Shown here one piece after another: positions 37,900-50,619 of a stretch of DNA of 64,000 nt. The position numbers and the translations under genes are program-made. The stretch is from Camelus dromedarius. Its lineage: Eukaryota. The stretch covers positions 30,072,001 to 30,136,000 of the forward strand of contig NC_087437.1 in assembly GCF_036321535.1 (NCBI RefSeq). The letters run 5' to 3'. Position 1 is the first letter of the stretch; each line of letters starts with the position of its first letter. Below the pieces are notes generated by a model. It ran no database searches. It was not told where the DNA came from and saw nothing but the letters and a program-made list of their open reading frames with translations.

Positions 37900-40310
37900 A
37901 CATGACCCTAGAAATTTTTTTATAGCTTTTTCACTATATGCTCGGACACGCTTTCTAGGTTCATCATGTACATTTCCTGTCTCAGGCCTGAATCAGCCAT
38001 TTCTCCAGGAAACTCTTTTTCTTTACTAGAGAATAGCATTTGAAGACCACAATCTGGATCCTAGGAATGCTCATGGCTACTGTTTCTGGGCTCCTTAGTG
38101 AACAGAAAATGCGATTTTTCTACCCACCATGGTGGCTTCATTACAAAAGTTAAATACTCAAAATAACAAAATATGTTCTTTTCTCCTAGCTCAGTTACAT
38201 GTAATACTGGAATTTTTACAAAACCACTTTATTTAAAAGTAAAACACAAACACAGAAAATCTTTACAAACAGATGGATACCTTATTGATGTAATTAAAGG
38301 TGAACACTCATGTAATCACTAGCAGGTCAAGAAACAGAACTTTGCTAGCTTTCCCAGAAGTCCTTCTTTGTATGCAGTACCCTAAAAGTGACCACTATCC
38401 CAAATTCTGTGCCTTTGAGAACTAGAAATACAAATAATATACATGGGGTTATGTTAAAATATTTTTACATATGCTCTCCTCACTCTCAACCATCTTTTAT
38501 AGCTATACTATATCTACCTTGTCTCAGCTTATCACCATAACATACTGTACTCTCTCTTTTCTAACTCTTACTTAATCATTGTTCTAAAAGCGACTACATA
38601 TTTATTATACATATTTAATTCTCTTTAGTAATTTTGGTTGTCTGATGCTCATTCTCTAGTAAATTCCTTAGGTAATTCTCATGAGAACAACATTTCCTGT
38701 ACTTTTACATCTTGATAATAGTTTGTATCTAAAATCCTTGGCTCATTTTCTTTTCTTAAATGCTTTCTATTTTATTATGAAAGAAAGTGTGACTGTTAAC
38801 AATTTAATATTTAATAAGTCTTAACAATATAATATCTACAAGTCATTTGTATTTTTATATTTGCCTAGCTGGTTAAAGGATTTTTTTGTTTTTACTTAAA
38901 TCCAACAGTTTTAATAACATATGATTTGGCATTGGTTTTTCTAAGTTGATAATCTGAAGCACATGGACTGATCTTTCAATATACAGATTCAAAAAAAATT
39001 TTTTTTTTGAGCAGAGGTTTATTGCAGGATCAAGCAAGGAGAACAGGTGGTGGCTCATGCTCAAAAAACCTGAACTCAAATGAAAGGTTTTTTGACATAT
39101 GTAATTTTAGTATTTGTTCTGTACTCTTACTTTCTTTTTTTTTTTTTCTGCAAGGATTTCTTTTATTCATACACTGGATTTTTTTTAACCTATCTTAAAC
39201 ATTTATCATTTTTTTCCAAATCCTTTTGTTTCTTCTTAATTATTTCTATTTGATTTAAAAATTTTCCCTTCTTTTCACCATGCATTTTTCTTGAAGAGAT
39301 TTTCTCATCATCTCTGGTATTTACTCACATATGTGTTTTGTTTGGTTTAATCTTCATTTCCTTTTAAATCTTTCTTTCCCCTGAGCTCTGTCATTTAATT
39401 TCTAAGTTTTTCTAATGTTGATTCATATTATTCTTTCATTGTTCATATATCATTTTCTTAACATCTTTTAGCTCTGTCTAAAGTAGAAGCTTACTCTTTT
39501 GGTCTATTCTGTGAGCATCTTCCTAGCATTAAAAAAAAATCTTATAAGGACATTAGCCTGCTACTTATTTTATTTTCTGGTATGTAATAACTTTGTGTGG
39601 GACTTGATCTCATTACTTACTCTTTGCTCCTTTTTGTGTGAAATTTGTTTTCCCTCAATTTTTGAAGGAGGGTTGGCTCAGGCAGTGTTTCTCCTTTTAC
39701 AGTGCTCTCTCCTCTCTTGATTTTTGGTAATGTTCAAAAAGATGGCAACTTAACTTTCTGAGACCTCCTGGCTCTCTTCTCCTTCATCACTTTTATCTGG
39801 ACCTCCCATTTCCTTCATCTCTGTTTCACATGCCCTGCTTGATTTTGATTCTGCTCCTAGCAGTTTCTCCTGAGTGTGGGCTCTGTCCTAAAAGAGAACT
39901 ATGGCAGTTGGTTTCAAGAGCACATGGAGTCTTAGGGCTAGACTCAATTTCTTTTAGGTCCTCTAGTGGATTCCTTTCATTCATCCTATATTGAATTGAG
40001 CAAAACCTCTCTTGATTTTGGCTGCTGCTTCCATATCAGTCTGATGCACTTAACAGTGATTAGCTATTGCCTCCTTTGGGGTTTTCCTATTCTCATATCC
40101 ATCAGACTCCCTCTTTATTCCCTCTGCTTTCTCCTGCTCAAATGCTAATACTATCAAGTCTTCTGGCTATAGTTTGTCTTCACCTGCTTGTGTTTTAAGG
40201 TTCACGAGGGTAGTCTATCACCTAATGTTGCCCAAGGTTTATTCTATGTGGTTGTCCTGTCTGTTTTTATGTTGGAATTAGAGGCTTGTTGGTGCCAACA
40301 TCTTCCCAGA
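37900..40310 (-). mobile_element. Cluster of old L1M fragments
   Basis: 'gaatcagccatttctccaggaa...gaagaccacaatctgg' (L1MC-type 3' end), 'aggtcaagaaacagaactttgc', T-rich reverse L1 body. Confidence 0.6.
38999..39077 (-). mobile_element. Short polyadenylated ERV-LTR-derived fragment
   Basis: Minus strand: gagttcaggttttttgagcatgagcc...ctgcAATAAAcctctgctc followed by A10. Confidence 0.6.
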
Positions 40311-41259
40311 ATCCTCTTACACTAGATTTTGATACAGATAATTTTGTAGAAGGTATCAAATTTTAATAAATATGTATGGAAGAAAAGTAAGATTGGGAAG
40401 ATTCCATCTATTACTCATTAGTAGTAGTATTTTGAAAACTTGGGAAGATAGAATTTCATTAAATTCATATCAGCAAGCAACTTCTGATACTAGATACTGG
40501 TTTCAGAAAACCTCCGTGGTGCTGAGACAGTATTACAAAGAGAATAGCTACAAAAATAAAATAATACATTAAAACTGCCATGGTAAATAATCTACTATAG
40601 TCAGAAAAGTAGACTCTATGATATTTTTGTCATGCAAACATTATAAGAATATGATGATTTGATCTGAGAAAGGTCTACTTCTGAATGTTTAACTATTACT
40701 TTCGAAACAAATTTTTTTTCAAACTTAGTTGTGAAATACTTTTAAGGGAAAGATAGAAGAACTATTTCAAGGTTGTTCTTTTTTAAAAATAAGATCCCAG
40801 TAAAGACAGTAAGCTCTGGGGGATTGAAATTGCCTTGCTGGGTGAGTGGATTGAATAGCACATCATCTCTTTCAGGTCATCAGAACATCATTTAGAAAAT
40901 CACTGATAATACTTCTAAAGATATTATCCCTGTGGCTCATAGGAGCTAATGTAGCTTCCAGGGAAGGGAGGCAGAGAGCAATAAGCAATGGTATTAGAAA
41001 CATAAGATCTTGTTCCAGTCCTGGTGTCACCATTTATGACCTGTGTTATCTTGGGCAAGTCATTTAATTTCTTAAAGCCTTGAATTTTTCACCTGTAAAA
41101 TGTATATTCCATGTAACTGGTGGCAAAGTAAATGACCTTGAAATAACTTTAAGCAACTATAGATGTTGTTATTATGAAAATACCAATTTTATTTCCAGGG
41201 AGTGGCTGATACACATGAAAACTGCATCTTTTTCTTGGTTTCCAGTCTTCAGTAGGTGT

Positions 41260-41990
41260 ACAACACCTACCCAGTTGCCCAAGCCAGAAGTCCTGATTAT
41301 TCCTTGTCCTTCCTGCTGGCAGCCAATCAATCACCAGACCCTATAAAGTTTACTTCTCAAATCGATCCATTTTTCACTATACTTATCACCACTACTCTAG
41401 TTTAGGTCACCATTGTCTTTTGTCTGACTCATTGCTAGGGCATCTTTATGGATTTCCCTGCCTTTGAGCCTTACATTTTCCAAGAGTAGTCTCCACGTAT
41501 AGCCAGAAGAATTGTTCAAAAGTGCACAAGATTATGACACTTTCTTCCTAAAGCCTCCTTAATGAATTACTGTATTTTGACAGGTTTCCAACTCTAACAT
41601 GATTTGTGAGACCCTCACCTTTCCAGCCTCATTTGTTAGCAGTCTGTAGTCTTTGCTCATTACTGCACAGCCCATCAGAACTAGCTTCAGTTCCCCAAAG
41701 GTGCTATACTTTCCTTTGCCTCTGCAACAGTGTCCTTGCCTGGAATATACTTTTAGCTCCTCCAAGTCTCACAAAGCCAACTGCTAGCCTTCCCTAAATC
41801 CCCAAAACTGGGTTGGCTGTCCGTCCCATGTATTCTCACATTACCCGGATTTCTACTTATTTTGCGTTATACTTATTGGTTTAGTTACCTGCCTTCCACA
41901 TTTGAATTCAATCTTCAAGAGGTCAGAGACCATGAAATTTTAACTTTTATATCCCTTTGCCTCACAACCATATTCGTTGGATAGATGATT
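41260..41990 (+). mobile_element. L2 LINE fragment (preceded by a MIR at ~40990-41170)
   Basis: 'cccagttgcccaagccagaa...ccaatcaatcaccaga...ccttgcctggaatatac'. Confidence 0.65.
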
Positions 41991-43123
41991 TACCATGTTG
42001 TTAGCAGAAAACTCATGCTCTGTAGCCATAATGGTGAGCTGTCATTCTCTATGTGGGCTTGGTTAGGAGATCATTCTGAATTAAACCACAAAAACAGCTT
42101 CAATTTTGAAGGATAGAAACACATTTTTCCCACTCATATATAGTTGTTCAAGTTGTTTTCTAATATTTTAAGATCTCTTACAGACATAATGATGATCTTC
42201 CCAGTAATTGTTTATTTCCTTCCTAGATATGAGATGGAGTCTGTATACATTAATATACATTGCCCCAAAGGTCTCTGTGATGCTTGTTGTCTTTCCTACA
42301 GACGCATAATGACTGAAGCTCTTGAAAATGTATACCCATCCATGAATGATTCTCTTGTGTCCCATTGTTACTAAACAACTATAGATCATGATTAAATTGG
42401 TCTAAGTGGAATACCTAAAAGAAATCAAATGTTTACAAATGTAAAGCTAATTTGAGCCCTTGATACTTCTAAGGTGAAAAAACTCCAAAAATTCAAAAAT
42501 AAAAACCAGGACTCTAAAGGGGCAAAAAAATCAGTTGAGGTAATCATTTATTCAAAACCTCAGTGCTGGCTCTTTGCAAAGGAAAACTACCACTTATGAG
42601 GGAAATTTTTACTGATATAGCAGGGTCATAGTCTGGGCCTTTTCTCCATTTTCCACATCCCTAAATTTTCCTTTTCAGGAACAGAGGAATCTGCCTGATC
42701 AGAAGAAAGCCCTCCTAATGCATTCACTCTTGTGTGGCTCTTAATACAGATAGTGTTTTTCTATTTGCTTCATAACACTATTTCTTTCCACTATCTGGGA
42801 ATATAGAAAATAAAAAGAATTTTTTTGTCTTTTATATTGCCAAAGAGGGCTCTGAAACCCACTCTGAAAATATAATGGATATTTTTGGTACTACATGTTT
42901 TGAAGAAACTTAGGACACAATTCATCTAAGCATGTGGGTCTCCCTCTCCCAGTTCATCCTAGCATGTCCAAGGTTGTACAGATGTATTGTTAAGTAGAGA
43001 TATCAAATGAACATCAGTGTGACAAGAAAATCAGTATCATCATATTCAAGGTAACAGCAATATATTGATGTTAGTGTAGTCAAAACGTCCATGGATTCTC
43101 AATAATGTTTAAAATTGAATGTC

Positions 43124-44226
43124 CAGCAAAGTGAAAAGATAACCTACTGAATAAGAGAAAATATTTTCAAATGATATGATTGATAAGGGGTTAATATCCA
43201 ACATATATAAACCACTCATACAACTCAGTATCAGAAAAACAAACAACCCGATTTTTAAAATGGGCAGAAGTCTTTGAATAGATATTTTTCCAAAGAGGAA
43301 ATGCAGATGGCCAACAGGCACATGAAAAGGTGCTCAGCATCACTAATCATCAGAGAAATGCAGATCAAAATCACAATGAGATATCACCTCACATCTGTCA
43401 GAATGGCTATCATCAAAAAGAACACAAATAACAAGTGTTAGGGAGGATGTGGAGAAAAGGGAACGCTTGTACACTGTTGGTGAGAATGTAAATTGGTGCA
43501 GCCACTGTGGTAAATAGTATGGAGGTTTCTCAAAAAACTAAAACTAGAACTACCATATGACCTAGCAATTTCACTCTGTGATATGTATTCCCCTCACCTC
43601 AAAAAACCCCAAAGACAAAAACAGTAATTTGAAAAGATATATGCACCCCAATGTTCAGATAGCAGCATTATTTACAAATGCCAAGATATGGAAGTAACCT
43701 AAGTGTTCATTGACAGACAACTGGATAAAGAAGATGTGGTAAACACACACACACAAAACACACAATGAATACTACTCAGCCTTAAAAAAGAATAAAATTC
43801 TGACATTCGCAGCAACACTGATAGACTTGGAGGGCAAGTATGCTAAATGAAAGAAGTCAGACAGAGAAAGACAAATACTTCATATCATTTATATATGGAA
43901 TCTAAAAAATAAAACAAACTAGTGAATATAACAAAAAGAAGTAGACTCACAGAACAAACTAGTGGTTACCAGTAGGGAGAAAGAAGAGGGGAGGGGTAAT
44001 AAAGGGGTAAGAGATTAAAATAAGCATAAGGAGATTAAGATAAACTTATCATGTATAAAATAAGCTACAAGTATATATTGTACAACACCTGGGATGGAAA
44101 CAATATTTTATAATAACTATAAATAGAGTATAACCTTTAAAAATTGTGAATGACTATATTGTACACCTGTAACTTATATAATATTGTACATCAAATATAC
44201 TTCAATAAAAATAAACAAATAAATAC
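43124..44226 (+). mobile_element. 5'-truncated L1 with TSD
   Basis: ORF2 C-terminus, 3'UTR and A-rich tail; 11-bp TSD aattgaatgtc at 43113-43123 and 44227-44237. Confidence 0.9.
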
Positions 44227-44569
44227 AATTGAATGTCAAGGAAGGACCCAGAAGGTTCACAGATGTAAAGAGAACTGATTTGAAAGTTAGGAGTTTTGGA
44301 TATGAAATCAAACTGCCACTAGCTGTGGGACTCCTTCAAAAACCCCTGAATATATGATTTGGTTTCCTCTGATTGAAATTTTATTTCACATTCAGAAGGA
44401 AGTCAAATGAAAATTTTAAAAGACAATGGATACTGGAAGTTGAAAGTGCTTAACCAGTGTAGTTGAAGCCCTGCTGAAATATAGGAGAGACCCCCGTTGG
44501 GTTACAGGGTAACACTCTTAGTAAGACTCTAGTCAGCCAGGCACCTGAGGGCCTTCTCTCTTCAGACAG

Positions 44570-44850
44570 TGTCCACTTTGCCATACCTGTGTCCCCTGAG
44601 GCAGGCTCAGCATGTTGGGATATTACCACCCCTCCCTCCTCAGGAAGCTTTCAGCAAATTACTGACTAGAGTTGGTGTATAAATACCCTTGACTCTAAAT
44701 TTCTTGAGAGCATTAACCTCCAGCTGCCTTCCCTTCTCTTCTCACTTCCCCTCTCCCTTATCAATGCTTCCTGTAGCTCCCAAGTAAATGACTTTTGCTT
44801 TTGAATTCTTGTCTCGAGGTTTTTTCTAGGAAAACCCAAATTAAGAAAAT
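44570..44850 (+). mobile_element. Old ERVL-type LTR (LTR16/LTR33-like)
   Basis: 'ggtgtataaatacc...tgcttcctg...cccaagtaaatgact...tcttgtctcgagg...ggaaaacccaaattaaga'. Confidence 0.55.
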
Positions 44851-47431
44851 AAAATTGCACATTATGTTTCCACTTATACTATTAGTGATGCTCCTGGAGG
44901 CCTCTCCCTTTTCTCTGAAAAGAGGAAGGAGCCTCCCTGCATTTCTACCACTGGGAGAGGGTAGGAGTGAGGTGATGGGAGTTGTCTCTTTCTAAAGGGC
45001 TGGAAAGGGCAGCTTCTCTCCCTTAGTCCTTCCCTTGAAAATGCCTTGAGCTGTGTGTGGAGTCCTCGCTGGTGTTAGGACATAGTCTTTGAGCTGAAAC
45101 CTCTAAATAGTCCCTGCAGTAAAGTGGATGGCATCACCTTTGATGATTCTCCGAGCTCAGAATGTGGGACCATTAGCCAGCCAACAGGAAGATCCCATGC
45201 AGCCTCCTATAACAGGTCTCTGCGTTAGGTCCTCTCAGCTTCAAGCTGAGAAGCTCTTACAGAAATTCATAAGGATGTGGAAGAGTTTGTTGAGACAGGG
45301 ACAATAATCTTGAGACAAAGGTGAGCAAGGTTGCTGAGGAATGGACACTCAGGCAAGTGATGGGGCAGCATCCTTACTGCATGTCCTGAGGGAGGCGTTG
45401 AACAGCTTCTGTCAGCTTGGCAGAGGAGAATTAGCTACTAGCAAACCCTTGGGGAGAAGCATAGTGAAGCCTGGGTCTTCAGTGGTAGGTACTTTACTGG
45501 CTAATAATAAGGTAAGGAGGTGTAGGGAGAGGAGGGAGACGCTATGTAGATAACACTGAATGTGTAAAGGTATAGAGGCTTAAAATGACTCATATATTTA
45601 CTCTGGGGGAAAGTGTTTCCACAGTCCTTGTTTAATGCCGCTACTGTTATCACATACAGCATTGTGAATTTTAATTTTTAGTTAACAAATTGAAAAATAA
45701 TTCTAGATACCAATAGTGTGGCAGGAGTTATAACTATTTCTTAAAAATCTGAGAAGTAAATTATCCCCCGCATTAAAATGACTGAACTTGAAACCTGCCA
45801 TCTGATGGCTGTTGAAGCCACAGCTTGTTGGCTGGCTTTTCTGACCTTTGACAAGACTTGTGGTGATGTCAGTGCTTGTCATCTGCATCATCACTCATCT
45901 CTTCTCCCTGTGGGCCAACCACGTTCTGGATGTCAAGGCAGGGCAGCTGCCTGGCAGTGTTAGGAAGGCTTTCTTTCTGTTCTGAATGAGGAGGAAATGC
46001 CATATTTATGATGACTCATCACCTTCTACAGTGTTCCTGCTGAAACAGATATCCTTAAATTTCATAAGCATTTTGATTTGGATCATATTAAAAGTATTGC
46101 TTGACAACAGGTTATCTTTTTGGTAATTTTTGCTTTTCAGCAAGACATCAAGAGTCACATTTCCCAGCCAGCTGGCATGCTGGGTGTCAGTTGTTAAGGA
46201 CACATTAGTAAATCTTCCAGCTCTGTGGAACCCTGTTCTTGAGGCAAGAGTCCATCTGTCAAGAATCCCAAAAGAATTCTCATTCCAGAGTTGAAAATCC
46301 TTCTGTGAGACGATGTCATCTTGCTGCCTGACTTCCCAAATCAAGGTTATATTTTAATGTCTACTTTACAAAGGTTCACCTCTCCTTTAAGTTGGAAGTA
46401 AATAACCAACAGGAAAGAAAATGAAGTTATAACATATCACTCAATTGTACAATGGAAGCAATTGTGAAAAGTTTCAAACAGATAATCCATGTTTTAATTA
46501 CTATGTTAGATAAAACCTTCATTTACAATTGTACAATTGTTGATTATTTATAAATTAATGGAAAAATGCCTAAAATTGAAAAACAGAGTATGCTTGATAT
46601 TTAGCATTAGGAGTCATCAAAGAGAGTTGTAAATAGCTGCTGATGTAGGGCAAGAAATGGGGTGGGAGAGAGACGGTTTTTCCCACACAAGCCTTGTAAA
46701 AATATTTGATTCTAAATTATATACATATTTTTATAAAAATTAAAAAGAGGGCTATAAAGAGATTTGGAAGTTCAGAGGAAAACATTTTAAAAGGTTTTTA
46801 AATTAAAGTTATAAAAGAATTTATCTCTATTTAAGTTGAAGAGAATTGTTTAAGTGGTAATAATAATTGCCATAAGTCTCTTTCAAAGATTAATATAAGA
46901 AAGTAGAAAAATGTATGACTTATTCCCTTAACTGTTTTGGTTTAATTCTTATATCAATGTCATACACAATGAGTTTTATGTAATTGTTTACACTATTGTG
47001 TCTGCAAGAGTAAAGCTTCATTCCTATACATAGAAGGTAAGGCTAAAAATGGGGTCTGTTTGATTCCTGTGGCCTGGGAGCATTTCCTGGTCTCACCAGG
47101 GCCTGCAGAACCTGGGAAGAAAGTAGGAACAATTCTTACCACCCTCAGTATTTAAACCTTGGGAGAAAAACTAAGTCAGAACTGTGAAATATTGCTGAAG
47201 ATCTGGCTAGAGGATGTGTCTAAAATGGATTCCCAGTGTAAGGCTTCTAAGATGACTATCAGGAGCCAAAATCAGAATTCAAGGAGGATCAGAGTTGGTG
47301 AGTCAGACAATAAAAGAGCAAACAAGAGTCTGGTCAAACACTGGTAACAATTCACTTACACATTCAGGTGTTGTTGCTGCCATATTCTCTAGGCAGGCCT
47401 TTTCTGTTTAAAGGGTTCTAGACAGGAGGGA

Positions 47432-48230
47432 TTTCTATTTCCCCCTGAGCCTCCATCTCAGGTTTACCTCCAGAAAACCTGATGGGTTTCAGTGCCTGCT
47501 GAGGCAGGAAGTGAGTTTTGAGGAACTGCTGTCCAGTAATATTCCCAGTGAACTATGTCCTAGAGAAGTCCTTGGTATTTCCAAAGGTCTTGCTATTGCC
47601 ACATGCCTCTTCAATGTTGGAATCTTCTCATTTTCTTCATTCTGGAATGACATATGCTGTGGAGTGGAACCAGATGAGTAATTGTCATGGAAGGAGCCAG
47701 TTGGAGTTGGTAGGTCATCTCAATAGGCTTGAGGTAATGGGCCTCCCATATCTGGCACAGATGGGCAACAGATACTTGTCAGGAGGAAAGGCAGATATAA
47801 TTTCTTCTTGGATATTCTCCTTGGCACTTGGCTGTAGTTGTACTAGAATGTGCTTCTAAGGTCTCTTAACAGAGAAAATTTCCTTAATTCTATTAGATAG
47901 TGGCTAGTTAATCCATGTTGTTGGGAAAAATGGCAAAGATGCATATATGGAAAGACTGTGATAAAGGATGTTCAACCTAGAATTTATATCCCACCATGAC
48001 ATGGAAGGTGGATCAATTGCATTTCATGCAAAAGCAATGTAAGAGAAAAAATATTTGTTGTCCTTATGACATGTATCAGCTGGCCATCCATATTTGAGTG
48101 ATGAGTAGCAAATAGGGGGTTGCAGAAGTGGAGGGCTTAAAATGGCACCCATAAAACCAAGGTGCAATTTGTGGGCTAGGGTTAAATTCCAGGTAATTGG
48201 ACAGCCCACTGAGTGAAGATCTTAAAAAAG
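47432..48230 (-). mobile_element. Decayed Ty3/Gypsy LTR-retrotransposon integrase with GPY/F module and chromodomain
   Basis: Minus-strand peptides in order: THHSNMDGQLIHVIRT (48106-48059), FSYIAFA*N, STFHVMVGY, WEAHYLKPIEMTYQLQLAPSMTITHLVPLHS (47748-47656), IEEACGNSK (47615-47589), L*DIVHWEYY (47565-47536), then purine tract agggggaaatagaaa (47446-47432). Confidence 0.7.
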
Positions 48231-48599
48231 GGTCAATGACTGGAACTAATCCAGTACAGTGGAACTAAATAATGACCTTATAAATGGTTCTGATGAGTTT
48301 AAATTGCAGTTAAAAACTGAGTTTTAACTGGAGCAATAACTGATAAAATTGGTGACTGACACTGGAGTTTAATGCCAAGGAAATTTATCAAATCTCTATC
48401 CATAAGTGTTATATGTTAATAATAATCAGTTTGCAGTTATTGATTCATTGTTAGGTACTAAGCACTGTGACTGAATATCTTAGATACAGCATCTCATTAT
48501 ATATAACCAGATAAGTATAACTCACATTTACAAATGAGCAAACTGAGGCACAGATACATTGTTAAAAGGTTATTCAGTAAGTAGTGAAGTTGTATATAA

Positions 48600-50092
48600 A
48601 ATGCTCTCTACATAGAAAACCTAAAAGGCTCCCCCCAAAAAACCACTAGAGCTGATAAAAGAATTTGGCAAGGTCACAGTATACAGAAATTAGTTGCATT
48701 TCTTTATACTAACAATGAAATATCTGAAAAGGAAAGTAAAGAAACAATCTCTTTTAAAATCATATCCAAAAAAATAAAATATTTAGGAATAAATCTGACC
48801 AAAGAAGTGAAAGACTTCTACATGGAGAAATACAAAACATTGATTAAGGAAATTAAAGATGACTTAAAGAAATGGAAAGATACCTCATGCTCTTGGATTG
48901 GAAAAATTTATGTTGTTAAAATGGCCATACTATCCTAAGCAATCTACAGATTAAATGTGATCCCTATCAAGTTACCCAGGACATTTTTCATAGAACTATA
49001 ACAATCCTAAAATTTATATGGAATTACAAATGACCCAGAGTTGCCAAAGCAATACCGAAGACAAAGAATGAAGCTGGAGAAATAACTCTCTCAGACTTGA
49101 GACAATATTATAGAACTACAGTAATCAAAACAGTGTGGTACTGGCATAAAAACAGACATATGGGTCAATGGAACAGAATAGAGAGCCTAGAAATAAACCC
49201 AATTAATCTTCAACAAAAGAGGCAAGAATATACAATGGAAAAAAGACAGTCTCTTCAGCAAGTGGTGTTGGGAAAACTGGACAGCTGCATGTAAATCAGT
49301 GAAGTTAGAACACTCTCACACCATACACAAAAATAATCTCAAAATGCCTTAAAGACTTAAACATAAGACAAGATACTATAAACTTCCTAAAAGAAAACAT
49401 GGGCAAAACATTTTCTGACATAAATCTCAGCAATGTTCTCTTAAGGCAGTCTACTCAGGCAATAGAAATAAAAGCAACAATAAACAAATGGGACCTAATT
49501 AAACTTATAAGCTTCTGCACAGCAAAGGAAACCATAAGCAAAACAAAATGACAACCTATGGAATGGGAGAAAATATTTGCAAATGATGCAACTGACAAGG
49601 GCTTCATTTCCAGAATATATAAACAGCTCATACAACTCAATAACAATCAATAACAAAAAACAGCCCAATCTAAAAATGGGCAGAAGACCTAAACAAGCAA
49701 TTCTCCAATGAAGGTATACAAATGACCAATAGGCACATGAAAAAGTGTTCAATATCACTACTTATCAGAGAAATGCAAATCAAAAACCACGAAGTATCAC
49801 CTCACACCAATAGAATGGCCATCATTCAAAAATCCACAAATGATAAATGCTGGACAGGGTGTGGAGAAAACGGAATCCTCAATGTAGTTTGGTGCAGCCA
49901 TTATGGAGAACAGTATGGAGAGTCTTCAAAAAACTAAAAACAGACTTATCATTTAGTCCAGCAATCCCACTCCTGGCAGGAACTCAAATATGAAAAGATC
50001 CACGCACCCCAATGCTTGTGGCAGTGCTATTTACAATAGCCAAGACATGGAAACAACCTAAATGTCCATCAACAGATGACTGGATAAAGAAG
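48600..50092 (+). mobile_element. L1 ORF2 fragment, truncated at both ends (no poly-A end)
   Basis: ORF 49097 '[27 protein letters not shown]' and ORF 49722 '[17 protein letters not shown]' are L1 ORF2 motifs; stops and frameshifts throughout. Confidence 0.9.
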
Positions 50093-50619
50093 TTATTAGT
50101 TATACACATATAATCTGGCATTCCTCTTTCACACACTTAAGGAGCAATAAATAAATCAACACCCATTTCCTTTCCCATTGTATGCACTGTTAAACTATTG
50201 TATATTTTATTCATGTGTATCTCTATTTGCTTTTCTCCCATTTCTCCCTTTAAAATACTAAACAGATGAATAAAAATTATGTTTCACTTTTAAATATCTC
50301 TTTCCTTCTTCCAGCTGTTTGTGTTAGTGCGAGCTCTCATTAATAAAGTAAGAAGGACTAGTTAAATGTTAATGTCAATGGTGACTGCTAGGGACTGTTT
50401 CCTTTGTGGGATACTGAAATACGAGTTCTGTACCAGTAGCAATGATTGATGGTATTCTAGAAGTAATTAAGACCTCAGAAAATTGTGGTAATGATTAATG
50501 GTTACTTCATCTTCTATTTACATGGCAGAGTTTGCACTCTATTAATTCTTGGCTTTCTAAATACAGGCTATGTTTAACCATACCGTTTCAATTTTTAAAA
50601 TGATACTATTATGATACTT

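Noticed and set aside
42186..42317. ATGATGA...CTGA resembling C/D snoRNA boxes
   Set aside because: No terminal stem or recognisable rRNA guide; such short boxes occur by chance.
46006..46344. 112-aa minus-strand ORF
   Set aside because: Non-ATG start, no recognisable domain, no convincing splice sites; consistent with a chance ORF.
48600..50092. L1 ORF2-like ORFs as functional CDS (also 25739, 59605, 62846, 63264)
   Set aside because: Truncated, with stops and frameshifts; no 5'UTR or ORF1.
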